In this document: piece by piece, positions 40,520 through 50,590 of the stretch
Layout: every line of letters begins with the position of its first letter
How positions within the stretch are numbered: position 1 is the first letter of the stretch
Assembly (NCBI GenBank): GCA_947495135.1
Contig: CANLXN010000009.1
Coordinates: 116,165 to 180,164, forward strand
Reading direction: 5' to 3'
From: an uncultured Flavobacteriaceae bacterium
GTDB taxonomy: Bacteria; Bacteroidota; Bacteroidia; Flavobacteriales; Flavobacteriaceae
DNA: 64,000 nt
Position numbers and translations under genes: made by a program
Notes under the pieces: model-generated
Told to the model about the DNA's origin: nothing
Databases searched by the model: none
The model's input: the letters and a program-made list of their open reading frames with translations, nothing else

Positions 40520-42043
40520 CTATTGCCAATCTGGCATGCTTGCGTTCGTAAACACCAATTCTCTTGTAGAACTTCCGCCCAATGGTATCACATAAATATT
40601 TTCAATCGATAAGTTATCATTGGATGTGTTGGTTACGATAATTGACCCTTCGTCTGGGGAATATTTTACGTCGAGATCATTGGTACCGTTTATTTTGTCT
40701 ATCGACAACTCGATTGTTTCGCTGGTATCAAAATCAAATTCGAATATTCGGGTATCTAATTGTCTATAATTAACATTTTCGAATCCAGTGATGTCTTGCG
40801 TATACAAAACACGTTGTCCGTCAATCGAGAAATCAATTCCACCAATGGCTCCTGGTTCACCTTCCACCACAGATTTAACTATCCCACCATCTGTTGGATC
40901 AATAATTATGATCTTCGCATTATACCCTATTGCATTATTCAGTTTTAAAACAACAAAGTCACTAAATTCATTGGTTGCAACTTCTGTTATAAAATCTTGA
41001 GGATCTGCTTCCCAAACCAATGTTGTTCCCGATCCATCTGCATTAATAGAATACAATCTATTGAAATTAGGGTAGTATAACTTTTCTCCGTTCGGAAACC
41101 AATCAAATTCTATCTCATCGTTTCGGAATCCCGCAACTGGAACAGTCGAAGTAAGTTGATCGACGCCAGACCCATCAGAATTCATTGAAAATAAATGTAC
41201 TGCAGTTCCAACAGTCCTTAAAAATGCAATTTTCTCGTTGGTTCTATTCTTTCTTGGCTTAAAACTATTGGTCTCTGCATCTGTCAATGCAAATTCATCC
41301 TCATTAGGATCATTTTCTTCTCCGTCTTCATTGGTGTCGTTACCAGAATAAATTACGAAATTCCCGTTATCCTCCTCTCGAGTGTATAAAAAACGATTTA
41401 GATTTTCAGTAGAAGTGGTGAAACTACTAATTGAGCTTTGTACTACCGGTGCTATGTCGTCATCTGCTTTTACTTGCCAGAAATAGGTTGTTGCTAAGGT
41501 TAAATTGGCAACTGTATAGGTAGTGTCCTGTAAATTTTCGAACAACTGGATTTCGTTGGTTGACCCATTACGAACTTCCAAGGTATAGGTTAACTCATCA
41601 TCGTTGTCGTCACTTCCTATCCATAAGAAATCAACACTTAGTGCTACATCGGTACTATTATCCAATGGAAAAATAAGAATTGGCTCATTTGGTGGCACAT
41701 TGTCCCCCGTTCGTTCTTCCAATTCAAACACCAAATTAGTCGTTCCGCCGGTTATAATGGTTGCTGCTTCGAAAGAAACAATAAAATCATCTAATTCTGC
41801 CTGTACAGAATAATCGCCAGTTGAAATATCTTCAATTATAAAAGCTCCAAGATCGTCTGTAAAAACAGTATTAGAAGTTGGATTTGTTGTTATTTTCACA
41901 TTAGCCAGAGGAAGGTTTCCGTCTGCGGCCACCACAAATCCAGTTAGTGTCCCAAAACCGTTTTGTTCAAAGGTATCTTCAGAACAGCCTCCAAACATAA
42001 GTAGAAGTGTGCAGCTTGTTAATATATATAGTATTCTTTTCAT
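40520..42043 (-). CDS. Curli-operon lipoprotein: carboxypeptidase-regulatory-like + FN3-like + TolB/PD40 beta-propeller
   Basis: Lipobox FGGC; GTLTGFV...LANVKITT...G.F; YFWQVKADD; propeller motifs IAFLR, FDWFPNGEKLYY, FSIDGQRVLY, YSPDEGSII; 2 bp after csgG stop. Confidence 0.8.
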   Translation of the reverse strand: MKRILYILTSCTLLLMFGGCSEDTFEQNGFGTLTGFVVAADGNLPLANVKITTNPTSNTVFTDDLGAFIIEDISTGDYSVQAELDDFIVSFEAATIITGGTTNLVFELEERTGDNVPPNEPILIFPLDNSTDVALSVDFLWIGSDDNDDELTYTLEVRNGSTNEIQLFENLQDTTYTVANLTLATTYFWQVKADDDIAPVVQSSISSFTTSTENLNRFLYTREEDNGNFVIYSGNDTNEDGEENDPNEDEFALTDAETNSFKPRKNRTNEKIAFLRTVGTAVHLFSMNSDGSGVDQLTSTVPVAGFRNDEIEFDWFPNGEKLYYPNFNRLYSINADGSGTTLVWEADPQDFITEVATNEFSDFVVLKLNNAIGYNAKIIIIDPTDGGIVKSVVEGEPGAIGGIDFSIDGQRVLYTQDITGFENVNYRQLDTRIFEFDFDTSETIELSIDKINGTNDLDVKYSPDEGSIIVTNTSNDNLSIENIYVIPLGGSSTRELVFTNASMPDWQ

Positions 42044-42045
42044 CG

Positions 42046-43464
42046 CTATTCAATTATTATTGGTTCAATAATACTTTTTCTTCTTACGGAGGTTTCACCG
42101 AAATGATATTTGATTCCTACTCCAAAGTTATAAAAGTAGTCATCTCTTTTCCCGTTTTCTACAAGATCTAATTCATCAGAAAACGAAATGTTTTGTTCGC
42201 CAAAGGCCTCCAGGCTAATTGCTGAAGAAAGATTGTAATTAACACCAAGTCCAAACCTAAGTCGCGGTGCAAGTCCAATATTTTTTACCATGTTATTTTG
42301 ACCATCTAAGTCGATTAAATACCCAAAACCAGCGTATAAAACAGGTGTAATATCATCGAGCGGAAGCACACTATATTCTATGTCCAATCCTACAGAAGCG
42401 AAATCTTTCGAAAAATCGTCTCCCGTTTCAAAGCGGTAAACCCCTCCATTTGCTATAAGGCTAAAATTCTTACTTACTCTTCTTGAGTAATTAATTTCAC
42501 CACTATAACCAAGTCTCTTCTTGGAGTAATCGCCATTAAGAATTGGAAATCCTAGGCTTAAACCTACTGCATCTTTGGAGGTTCTATCGATTTGTTTACG
42601 GTCGTAAAGTAACTTAGATTCTTCATAATCCTTTTCTTCTCGATATGCCTCAATTAGTTCATCATCTACACCATCTTTGGTAGACCAAAGATCATCTTCA
42701 ATACCTTCGATAATCAAGGACTCCACGGCTTTCTCTATAGCGTCTTTGAGAGCTAGTTCTACTGGCTCATTTTTAGTAAATCCAGTTTCTGCTTCTAATA
42801 GTCGTTGGAAATTTACATATCGAAAAACTCCTACATCTACTGCTTGAGATAGAATAGTTTTTGAAACATATACTGTTTTCAATATCCTTCCATTGGAAGT
42901 TGATACAGCGCGCAAGTAGACGGTAATTCTGTCTTGTCTATATTGCGTAGAACCGCCTACACCAAAATAGCGAGCTCCAGCACCTCCTGTAAGTATATTA
43001 GTATCATAGGAGATGATCCCTCCTTCTAATAATATACCTGCATAAAGCAATGGCGGTAAGTTAGGTTCGTTCGGATTTTTATTCTTTCTGTATTCATCCC
43101 TGGTAGAACGAATAATGTTTCTTTCATTTAGGAGGTTAGACAAGTTTTCTCGCTCAATAGTATTAAACCAACGAGAATCTTCTAACGCTTTTATAAGAAC
43201 TGTAGTCGCACCTTGTGGGACTGCAGTACTGAAGGTACTACCCGCTTCGGTACTTTTATATTGCCCTGTTTGATCCTTAAAGTTATAAACACCCACCACT
43301 ATTGGTTCGGCTGGCATTGGCAACTCACGTAAAATCTTAGTTCGTGGAGATAACTCCCCAGTTCTAGCAGGCTGTTGCGATACGGGTTGATTAAAATAAC
43401 TCCCACAACTAGTTGCCATTAAGCCACACCCAAGTATTGTCAAAAATTTCAGATAATGTTTCAT
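42046..43464 (-). CDS. csgG: Curli secretion channel CsgG with C-terminal beta-barrel extension
   Basis: Lipobox ATSC; VYNFKDQTGQYK, STAVPQGA, SRWF...ERENLSNLLNERNIIR, GGIISYDTN, GVGGSTQYRQD; start moved to MKHYLK. Confidence 0.93.
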   Translation of the reverse strand: MKHYLKFLTILGCGLMATSCGSYFNQPVSQQPARTGELSPRTKILRELPMPAEPIVVGVYNFKDQTGQYKSTEAGSTFSTAVPQGATTVLIKALEDSRWFNTIERENLSNLLNERNIIRSTRDEYRKNKNPNEPNLPPLLYAGILLEGGIISYDTNILTGGAGARYFGVGGSTQYRQDRITVYLRAVSTSNGRILKTVYVSKTILSQAVDVGVFRYVNFQRLLEAETGFTKNEPVELALKDAIEKAVESLIIEGIEDDLWSTKDGVDDELIEAYREEKDYEESKLLYDRKQIDRTSKDAVGLSLGFPILNGDYSKKRLGYSGEINYSRRVSKNFSLIANGGVYRFETGDDFSKDFASVGLDIEYSVLPLDDITPVLYAGFGYLIDLDGQNNMVKNIGLAPRLRFGLGVNYNLSSAISLEAFGEQNISFSDELDLVENGKRDDYFYNFGVGIKYHFGETSVRRKSIIEPIIIE

Positions 43465-43471
43465 GCAGCGT

Positions 43472-43870
43472 TTAATTTGGAACGATAATTTGCGTTTGTT
43501 CACCTGTGTTGGTGTCTAAGATATTTATGACTAATCCTTCGGCCGAATCAAAAATCTCTAGAGATAAGCTACCAAAGCTGAAAGATCCTTCTTCAAGCCC
43601 TTCGCCCAATTGCGAAGTAAATAAGCTTCTGGACAATTGCCCAAGGATTTGACGATTCAAATTAGCTGCAAACTCTTCGAGTTCTGTTCTATCCCTATCT
43701 TCAGCACTAGGGTCTGTGAAGGAGTTTTGAGCATTGGCAGAGGCCAGCAATTGCTGATACATAAAGGTATCTCCACCGCCAAAATTTGGATTCTTAGGTC
43801 TGTAGGATAGTTGTTGACCAACGCAAGCGCAAGTAAACAGAATACAAACCGTAGTGATAAGTATTTTCAT
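43472..43870 (-). CDS. csgF: Curli assembly protein CsgF
   Basis: QQLSYRPKNPNFGGG...LLASANAQN N-terminus; C-terminal TGEQTQIIVP. Confidence 0.92.
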   Translation of the reverse strand: MKILITTVCILFTCACVGQQLSYRPKNPNFGGGDTFMYQQLLASANAQNSFTDPSAEDRDRTELEEFAANLNRQILGQLSRSLFTSQLGEGLEEGSFSFGSLSLEIFDSAEGLVINILDTNTGEQTQIIVPN

Positions 43871-43881
43871 GGGTTTATTGA

Positions 43882-44703
43882 TTAGTAACGTTTAATTTTT
43901 TTTGAATCACGTTTTTGGCGTCGTAAATGCAAGCTTACTCTTGCCATGGTTGCGTCTTTCATTTTTTGAAGGTAGTCAATTCCTGGAATTGCGAAAAACC
44001 GAAAAACCAGTGTTTCCCCTACAAAAACTTCGATTCGAGTGTTTCGACCTACGCCTAACACTTCTTTAATTTTTATAATTTCTTCGGAATTGATATTGTT
44101 CTGTAGGTATTGACTATAGAACATCTGATAAAAATCTTTTCCTGGTTTCGTTTTTGTTTCTTCCAAAACAATGCCTGTAAGAACGATACCATCACCCCCA
44201 GCGCTTGCAACATCCTGACTGTCAATTTGTTTAGGCTGATTATCCGATTGATCATCTTGGACTACGCTAACAGCATCTGGATCGTTGTAAGATGGATTAT
44301 CGTTAATAACTACTCGATCCTTTCCTACCACTTGTTCATCTTGATTGTATATCAGTAATAGGATAATTATTCGATCCTGTGTATCTAGATTGATAGTCGT
44401 TTTGGCGAGATTGGCTTTTTCACCCGTGGCAAGTACAACCCTGCCAGATTGCTCATTCTTCGATTTATTTTTTGTTTCGGAATTTGTTCTGAAAACGGTA
44501 AATACATATTTCAGACTTTGACTCAATTGAGACTTATTGAAAGCCGATGTGGTAATTTCAATGAATTCGTAATTGGAGTCTAAATTGATTTTTGCCTCCA
44601 CCTCTGTATTATAGATCTGTGCATTCATGTTCTCAGTGGTTAAAGAGAGAAAAACGCAGGCTAATAAAAAGTAGGTAAAAGGGGTAGGCTTGCTAAAAAG
44701 CAT
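43882..44703 (-). CDS. csgE: CsgE-family protein with extra N-terminal CsgH-like beta domain
   Basis: C-terminal GIVLEETKTKPGKDFYQMFY is the CsgE motif; position between csgB and csgF. Confidence 0.78.
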   Translation of the reverse strand: MLFSKPTPFTYFLLACVFLSLTTENMNAQIYNTEVEAKINLDSNYEFIEITTSAFNKSQLSQSLKYVFTVFRTNSETKNKSKNEQSGRVVLATGEKANLAKTTINLDTQDRIIILLLIYNQDEQVVGKDRVVINDNPSYNDPDAVSVVQDDQSDNQPKQIDSQDVASAGGDGIVLTGIVLEETKTKPGKDFYQMFYSQYLQNNINSEEIIKIKEVLGVGRNTRIEVFVGETLVFRFFAIPGIDYLQKMKDATMARVSLHLRRQKRDSKKIKRY

Positions 44704-44708
44704 GAGGT

Positions 44709-45215
44709 TTAGAAATTTCGAACAATAACACTTTGCCCTTCACCTTGCATGGTGACTTTTAATTTTTCTGAAATACCATTTCCGCCATACCAGGTAAGGT
44801 TTTGGTTATTTCCATTTTGGATAATTTCTCCTTGAAGCGATTCAACATTTAACCCTGAGAAGTTAAGAACGCTGTTGTTATCTCCATTTTGAAGTATTTT
44901 TTCTTGAATAGTATTACCTCGAAGGTTTACATAAACATCATTATCGTCCCCTATTTGAACGAATTGAACATCACTTCTCTGAGACTGAACCCTTGCAGTG
45001 ATATCATTATTATTACCCACTTGTTGGATAAAAACAGAATTTCCATTAGAAGAAGTGGACATTTGTGAAGAATTCTGTGAAGACAAAAAGTTATTTTCAG
45101 AATTCTCTTGCTTGAAAGCATCAAGCGCTGTAGTAGTATCGTTATATGTTTGTCCAAAGCTAAGACTTGCTGTAAAAAGCATGGCTAGCATCAGGTATAT
45201 TTGTTTAGTCTTCAT
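44709..45215 (-). CDS. csgB: Minor curlin / nucleator-like (CsgB-like)
   Basis: 168 aa; signal peptide; degenerate QxGxxN repeats (QQVGNNN, VQIGDDN, LQNGDNN, IQNGNNQ) with basic residues; heads the secretion operon. Confidence 0.75.
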   Translation of the reverse strand: MKTKQIYLMLAMLFTASLSFGQTYNDTTTALDAFKQENSENNFLSSQNSSQMSTSSNGNSVFIQQVGNNNDITARVQSQRSDVQFVQIGDDNDVYVNLRGNTIQEKILQNGDNNSVLNFSGLNVESLQGEIIQNGNNQNLTWYGGNGISEKLKVTMQGEGQSVIVRNF

Positions 45216-45278
45216 AGCAGTTGTTTTAAGGGATTAAGATACGTAATTTCTGCGAAACTCAGCACTTAAAATATTCAA

Positions 45279-45293
45279 TCTTGAAGTTCAAGA
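45279..45293. promoter_or_regulatory. Perfect inverted repeat upstream of csgB operon
   Basis: TCTTGAA-G-TTCAAGA. Confidence 0.35.
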
Positions 45294-45402
45294 ATAATTG
45301 ATATTTGTACTTGAAATTTTATTTAAAAACAAGTATAAGAGCCAGGCAAAAACCCAACCCTTATACTGTTTTTCATAATCGTCAATTTAATTGATCTGAT
45401 TA

Positions 45403-46857
45403 TTAGTTGTTTTGTGTAACAGAAGAAACGTTTGAGTTTCCTACTTGGTTAACAGAACTCATGTGGTTGTTACCATTTTGGTCAACAGTACTTAAGTTGA
45501 AGTCTCCCATTTGGTTTACAACACTCATGTGCTGTAATCCATCTTGATCAACAGTACTAGAGTTAGCTAAACCATCTTGATCAACATCAGAGTTGTTCAT
45601 GTCTCCTGTTTGAGTAACTGCAGATCCATTAAGAGTTCCAATTTGATCAACATCAGAAACATTCATATCTCCTGTTTGAGTAGTGCTTGATCCGTTGCTG
45701 TTTCCAGTTTGAGAAACATCACTATCATTAGAATCACCAACTTGCTGAGTTACTTGCGTATTTAAGTCTCCGGTTTGAGCAACATCACTATCGTTTAGGT
45801 CCCCAATTTGAAGAACGAACGATCCATTGTTGTTTCCAGATTGAGCAACGAAAGACTCGTTATCATCTCCAAACTGACCTGTAGTAGAAGAGTTTCCGTT
45901 TCCAATTTGGTAGGTCTCAGCATCATTAGAGTTTCCTCCTTGTTGCGTTAACTGTCCATTGTTGTTTCCTTGCTGCTCAACATAACTAGCATTAGTATCC
46001 CCAGCTTGGATTACATCACTGTTGTTTTGGTTTCCAATTTGGAAAGTCAACGCATAGTTAGCGTTACCATCTTGGTCGATAGTACTGTTGTTATCGTTAC
46101 CGTACTGACCAGCACCGCCGTAGTTATCGTTACCGTCTTGGTCGATATCGGAAGTGTTGTTGTCACCAATTTGCTCGTTTTGACCCCAGTTGTTGTCTCC
46201 GTTTTGGTTTACATCACTATCGTTACCTACTCCAGTTTGCCAGATATCAGAGATGTTTCCATTTCCATTTTGATCTGCCAGTGCATCGTTCATGTTTCCG
46301 TTTTGCTCTACGTAAGAATCGTTGGCATCACCACCATATTGATTAACTAAAGAAACGTTATCATTCCCAGACTGATATACTTCACTTACATGGAAACCAT
46401 TTCCAGATCCGTATCCTTGGAATACATCACTATCGTTGTTGTTACCGTCTTGAGAAACAATGCTTGAGCTACTGAAGCCCCACTGATCTGTATAAGCGTC
46501 GTTATCAACACCAACTTGGTCTACATCACTAATATTATCATCTCCATCCTGCCAGATGAAGTTATTGTTAGTTGCACCACTTTGGTTTACAGAAGAAATG
46601 TTTCTATCTGAAAGCCCATCTCCACCTGGTCCACCACCAGTTTGTCTTGTCTCATTAGTGTTAGAAACACCATTTTGATCTACGGTTGAATCATTGTCGT
46701 CTCCAACAGAATCAACATCCGAAGAATTTGTTAGCCCAGTTTGAACCACTGAAGATGAATTACCACTTCCAATTTGATCCACTGTACTGACATTAAATTG
46801 CCCGAACATTACAGAGCCACACATTAGGGCCGCTGCGGTTAAAAATACATTTTTCAT
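45403..46857 (-). CDS. csgA: Long major curlin 1 (484 aa)
   Basis: Signal peptide, then continuous 11-residue QxGxxNxSxVx half-repeats ending QNN. Confidence 0.9.
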   Translation of the reverse strand: MKNVFLTAAALMCGSVMFGQFNVSTVDQIGSGNSSSVVQTGLTNSSDVDSVGDDNDSTVDQNGVSNTNETRQTGGGPGGDGLSDRNISSVNQSGATNNNFIWQDGDDNISDVDQVGVDNDAYTDQWGFSSSSIVSQDGNNNDSDVFQGYGSGNGFHVSEVYQSGNDNVSLVNQYGGDANDSYVEQNGNMNDALADQNGNGNISDIWQTGVGNDSDVNQNGDNNWGQNEQIGDNNTSDIDQDGNDNYGGAGQYGNDNNSTIDQDGNANYALTFQIGNQNNSDVIQAGDTNASYVEQQGNNNGQLTQQGGNSNDAETYQIGNGNSSTTGQFGDDNESFVAQSGNNNGSFVLQIGDLNDSDVAQTGDLNTQVTQQVGDSNDSDVSQTGNSNGSSTTQTGDMNVSDVDQIGTLNGSAVTQTGDMNNSDVDQDGLANSSTVDQDGLQHMSVVNQMGDFNLSTVDQNGNNHMSSVNQVGNSNVSSVTQNN

Positions 46858-47030
46858 AATCTTAAAAGTATTAAATTTGGTTATTAAAATTGTTTTCAGG
46901 TATCTATGTTTAGTTGAACATATTCATTTATAAAAACGCGTCTAACACAGGGCTTTCTAAAAAAAGCACTACGAGCTTGCCGAGTTTAATTTTGAGGAGA
47001 GGGATTGGTAAGCTTAATATTTAGTTATAG

Positions 47031-47216
47031 TTGCACTTCAAATATCTAACAAATATCAATACGTTCTATACGTATAAACACTTACAAGCTAACACCTTAA
47101 CATTATTTGTAGGAAAAAACCTTGTTTTTAAAATATGGTATATCGACAGAGTGAAATCAAACATCGATGAACTACCAAAATGTATACAAATTACACATAA
47201 GTTAAAATTTTGTTAA
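47031..47216 (-). promoter_or_regulatory. Curlin promoter module, copy 1
   Basis: Ungapped match to 50132-50317; TCGAY repeats at 47143/47164; GTTAA repeats at 47201/47212. Confidence 0.7.
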
Positions 47217-47634
47217 AATACTTCATCCTTTACGTCTATTCAATTTATGCTAGATGAACGCTCAAATTTCACCGATGAATTACTATTCTAAGCCTTCTCT
47301 TTTTCCTACAAAAACAACTGTCATGGCATTTCACATTAAAAACGATTTAGAAAGAACATATGCCGGTAGGCTTAAATATTAATCCATCCATAAAATATAC
47401 CTTCAAATGTGTTCTTCAATTAGACGATCCTGCTCTTTTTGCCAACCTACCCCTGTGGTTATAACGAGAAAAAGTTAGATGGAAAATTATATTCTATCAT
47501 TTAGCACATTGGCCCAATTCCGAAAATTTCAGCAATGAGTAGCGTTCAAAACTATTGAAATTAATCTCCAGGCATATGCTTACTCCAACAATAATACTGA
47601 AGCATGCCAGCAAACAAGGCGTCAAAAAATGCAA

Positions 47635-47667
47635 TAAAAAAGAGCGACCCAATTATGAGTCGCTCTT
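47635..47667 (-). terminator. Terminator of curlin 2
   Basis: Minus strand GAGCGACTCATAATTGGGTCGCTCTTTTTT. Confidence 0.8.
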
Positions 47668-47716
47668 CATACTGATATTTAGAAAGTTTCAACTAAACTT
47701 TCCAAAGAATAATTAA

Positions 47717-49930
47717 TTAGTTGTTCTGAGTTACAGAAGAAGTATTGCTGTTTCCAATCTGGTTAACCGTACTTGTGTGGTTGTTTCCATTTTGATCAAC
47801 AGTACTTAAGTTGAAATCTCCAACTTGGTTAACAGTACTCATGTGCTGTAATCCGTCTTGGTCAACAGTGCTTGAGTTAGCCAAACCGTTTTGGTCTACA
47901 TCACTCATGTTCATATCTCCTGTTTGAGTAACTGCAGATCCGTTAAGAGTTCCAGTTTGGTCAACATCAGAAATGTTCATGTCTCCTGTTTGAGTAGTAC
48001 TAGATCCGTTGCTGTTTCCGTTTTGAGAAACATCGCTATCGTTAGAGTTACCTACTTGCTGAGTTACTTGCGTATTCAAATCTCCGTTTTGGTCAACATC
48101 GCTATCGTTTAAATCTCCAATTTGAAGAACGAAAGATCCGTTGTTGTTTCCAAACTGTCCAACGTTAGAGCTGTTATTGTCTCCAAACTGTCCAGTAGTA
48201 GATCCGTTTCCGTTTCCGTACTGCTGTACAAAGCTAAAGTTAGTATCTCCATCCTGCACAGTAAGGTTACCATTGCTGTTTCCGAACTGATCTACTAAAC
48301 TAAAGTTAGAGTCACCATCTTGATCTACTTGAGAATTGTTAGTTAATCCAATTTGAGAAACTAAAGATTCGTTAAAGTCACCATCTTGATCAACATCACT
48401 GTTGTTAGCGGTACCGTCTTGTCCAACAAAAGAATCGTTGTTGTCTCCAGTCTGGTCTACATCACTTACGTGATCGTCTCCACCAGCTCCAAAGTATCCC
48501 TGTAATACTTCAGAGTTGTTGTTATCTCCAATAGAAGTAACTGAACTACTATTATTGTTTCCAATTTGCTCTACGTTAGAAGTGTTCATGTTTCCGAACT
48601 GTTGAACAACACTACCGTTGTCGTTTCCTAATTGGTTTACAGCAGAAACGTTGTTGTCTCCTGTGTATCCTTGTTGTACAAAAGAGTTGTTGTTATCTCC
48701 AGTAGAAGTTACGTCAGACTCGTTAGTTACACCAATTTGTCCTACAAAAGAGCTGTTACCGTTTCCAACCTGATCTACGTCAGAATCGTTAGCAGTACCG
48801 TCTTGTCCAACAAAAGAATCGTTGTTGTCTCCAGTCTGGTCTACATCACTTACGTGATCGTCTCCACTTACGAAGTATCCTTGAAGAACTTCAGAAGTAT
48901 TGCTGTTTCCATTTTGGTCAACAGTACTCATGTTGTTATTTCCAATTTGCTCTACAATAGAACCGTTACTATCTCCAAACTGCCCAACATAACTATCGTT
49001 AGTCATTCCTGTTTGTAGAACAGTAGATCCATTGCTGTTTCCAAACTGATCTGTCCAGCTACTGTTAGAATCTCCGTTTTGGTCTGTACTAGCAGAGTTA
49101 GAATCTCCGAAAGACTGAACTACAGAAAAGTTGCTGTTTCCATCTTGGTCTGTGTCATTCGTATTTAAGTTTCCTACTTGAGCAACATACGAATAGTTAC
49201 TGTCTCCAGTCTGGTCTACAGTACTAGTATTGCTGTCTCCAGTGAATCCCTGATAAGACTGAGAAGTGTTAGCATCACCATTTTGGTTGATAGTACTTGT
49301 GTTAGCATTACCATCTTGCCACATTTGAGAGGAATTACTATCTCCTGTTTGATCTGTAAAGCTAGAGTTAGAATTTCCTGTTTGATCCTCATCAGAAACG
49401 TTTAAATCTCCATTTTGAGTTACAAAAGAAACATTCCCATTCCCTAATTGGTCTTGCGTAGAATCATTCATGTCTCCTACTTGAGCGTTGTAACCAATGT
49501 TACCATCACCTGTTTGAGTGATTGCAGAATTATTGTCATCAGACCCATCAGTATCTCCGTACTGATCGATATGACCAACGTTTGCATTACCAGATTGAGT
49601 TACAGAACCAACGTTGTTATCATTAACAGAAGCCCCACCACCAAAACCTTGGTGTACGTCTGCTTCGTTATTATTTCCAGTTTGAAGAACATCAGCTTCG
49701 TTTCCGTTACCTAATTGGTCAACATCGTTATTGTTAGCGTCTCCTAACTGATCTACGTCAGAATCGTTGTTGTCTCCAACTTGGTCTACCGTAGAAACGT
49801 TTACCGCACCGGTCTGGTCAACATCGGATGCATTACCGTTACCAGTCTGATTGACTGCGCTGTTGTTAAATTGTGCGAACGCCACTGCTCCAATGAACAT
49901 TGCCGCTACACTTAATACTACTTTTTTCAT
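47717..49930 (-). CDS. csgA: Long major curlin 2 (737 aa)
   Basis: MKKVVLSVAAMFIGAVAFA|QFN; about 60 half-repeats; ends QNN. Confidence 0.92.
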   Translation of the reverse strand: MKKVVLSVAAMFIGAVAFAQFNNSAVNQTGNGNASDVDQTGAVNVSTVDQVGDNNDSDVDQLGDANNNDVDQLGNGNEADVLQTGNNNEADVHQGFGGGASVNDNNVGSVTQSGNANVGHIDQYGDTDGSDDNNSAITQTGDGNIGYNAQVGDMNDSTQDQLGNGNVSFVTQNGDLNVSDEDQTGNSNSSFTDQTGDSNSSQMWQDGNANTSTINQNGDANTSQSYQGFTGDSNTSTVDQTGDSNYSYVAQVGNLNTNDTDQDGNSNFSVVQSFGDSNSASTDQNGDSNSSWTDQFGNSNGSTVLQTGMTNDSYVGQFGDSNGSIVEQIGNNNMSTVDQNGNSNTSEVLQGYFVSGDDHVSDVDQTGDNNDSFVGQDGTANDSDVDQVGNGNSSFVGQIGVTNESDVTSTGDNNNSFVQQGYTGDNNVSAVNQLGNDNGSVVQQFGNMNTSNVEQIGNNNSSSVTSIGDNNNSEVLQGYFGAGGDDHVSDVDQTGDNNDSFVGQDGTANNSDVDQDGDFNESLVSQIGLTNNSQVDQDGDSNFSLVDQFGNSNGNLTVQDGDTNFSFVQQYGNGNGSTTGQFGDNNSSNVGQFGNNNGSFVLQIGDLNDSDVDQNGDLNTQVTQQVGNSNDSDVSQNGNSNGSSTTQTGDMNISDVDQTGTLNGSAVTQTGDMNMSDVDQNGLANSSTVDQDGLQHMSTVNQVGDFNLSTVDQNGNNHTSTVNQIGNSNTSSVTQNN

Positions 49931-50131
49931 AATTTGTGAAGTTTTAAATAAAGGTTACTATACTAGTTGTATTGGTTTTAATTTATGTTTGATTTGTTCT
50001 TAAATTAACTTTTTCGCGCTTCTTTAACCCACATGTAAAACACCAGCGCTTATTTGTAGCTGATCGTTAAAACAGTGACTTTAAAAAAAATTGTTGAGGA
50101 GGAAGAGTCAGTTGTTTAAATTGGTAATTAG

Positions 50132-50317
50132 TTGCATGTCAAAGGTGCAACAAAAACTAATACCTGCTATACGTACAAACACTTAGTACCGTATTTATCG
50201 AATTGTTTTGAAGGAAAATTCCTCATTTGTTGTTTATGGTATTCCGACAGACTTCACAATTTGACCGACAAACTACGCGATTGTATACAAATTACACATT
50301 TGTTAAAATTTTGTTAA
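50132..50317 (-). promoter_or_regulatory. Curlin promoter module, copy 2
   Basis: CCGAC repeats at 50244/50265; TGTTAA at 50301/50312; minus-strand CACCTTTG (-7-like). Confidence 0.7.
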
Positions 50318-50520
50318 AAAACAAACGATAACGTTGTAGAAATAATCATCCTCGACAAACTGTAAAATATTATCGCTCAATAGAATGGCTAGCAAATTCT
50401 ATTCCTACAAATATTCATGAACGAAGCTTTTTTGGAGGTAAGCATATTTCAGAAAAAAATACTTCTTTGGTATTTATAAACATCAATCCTATTTTATGGG
50501 TCGATTGTTCAAATTGTTTA

Positions 50521-50556
50521 AAAAAAAAGCGCAAATCATTAAAGACTTACGCTTTT
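50521..50556 (-). terminator. Terminator of curlin 3
   Basis: AAAAGCG...CGCTTTT with poly-U on the minus strand. Confidence 0.65.
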
Positions 50557-50590
50557 ACCAACAAACTAACTTTTAGTGGCTACTAAACTC

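Noticed and set aside
47031-50317. Two similar 61-aa plus-strand ORFs (47031-47216 and 50132-50317) that look like a small-protein family
   Set aside because: Both start at TTG and end in the TGTTAA box. Conserved blocks are identical at all codon positions while intervening codons change radically, and the third copy of the module does not preserve the ORF. Best explained as conserved promoter DNA.
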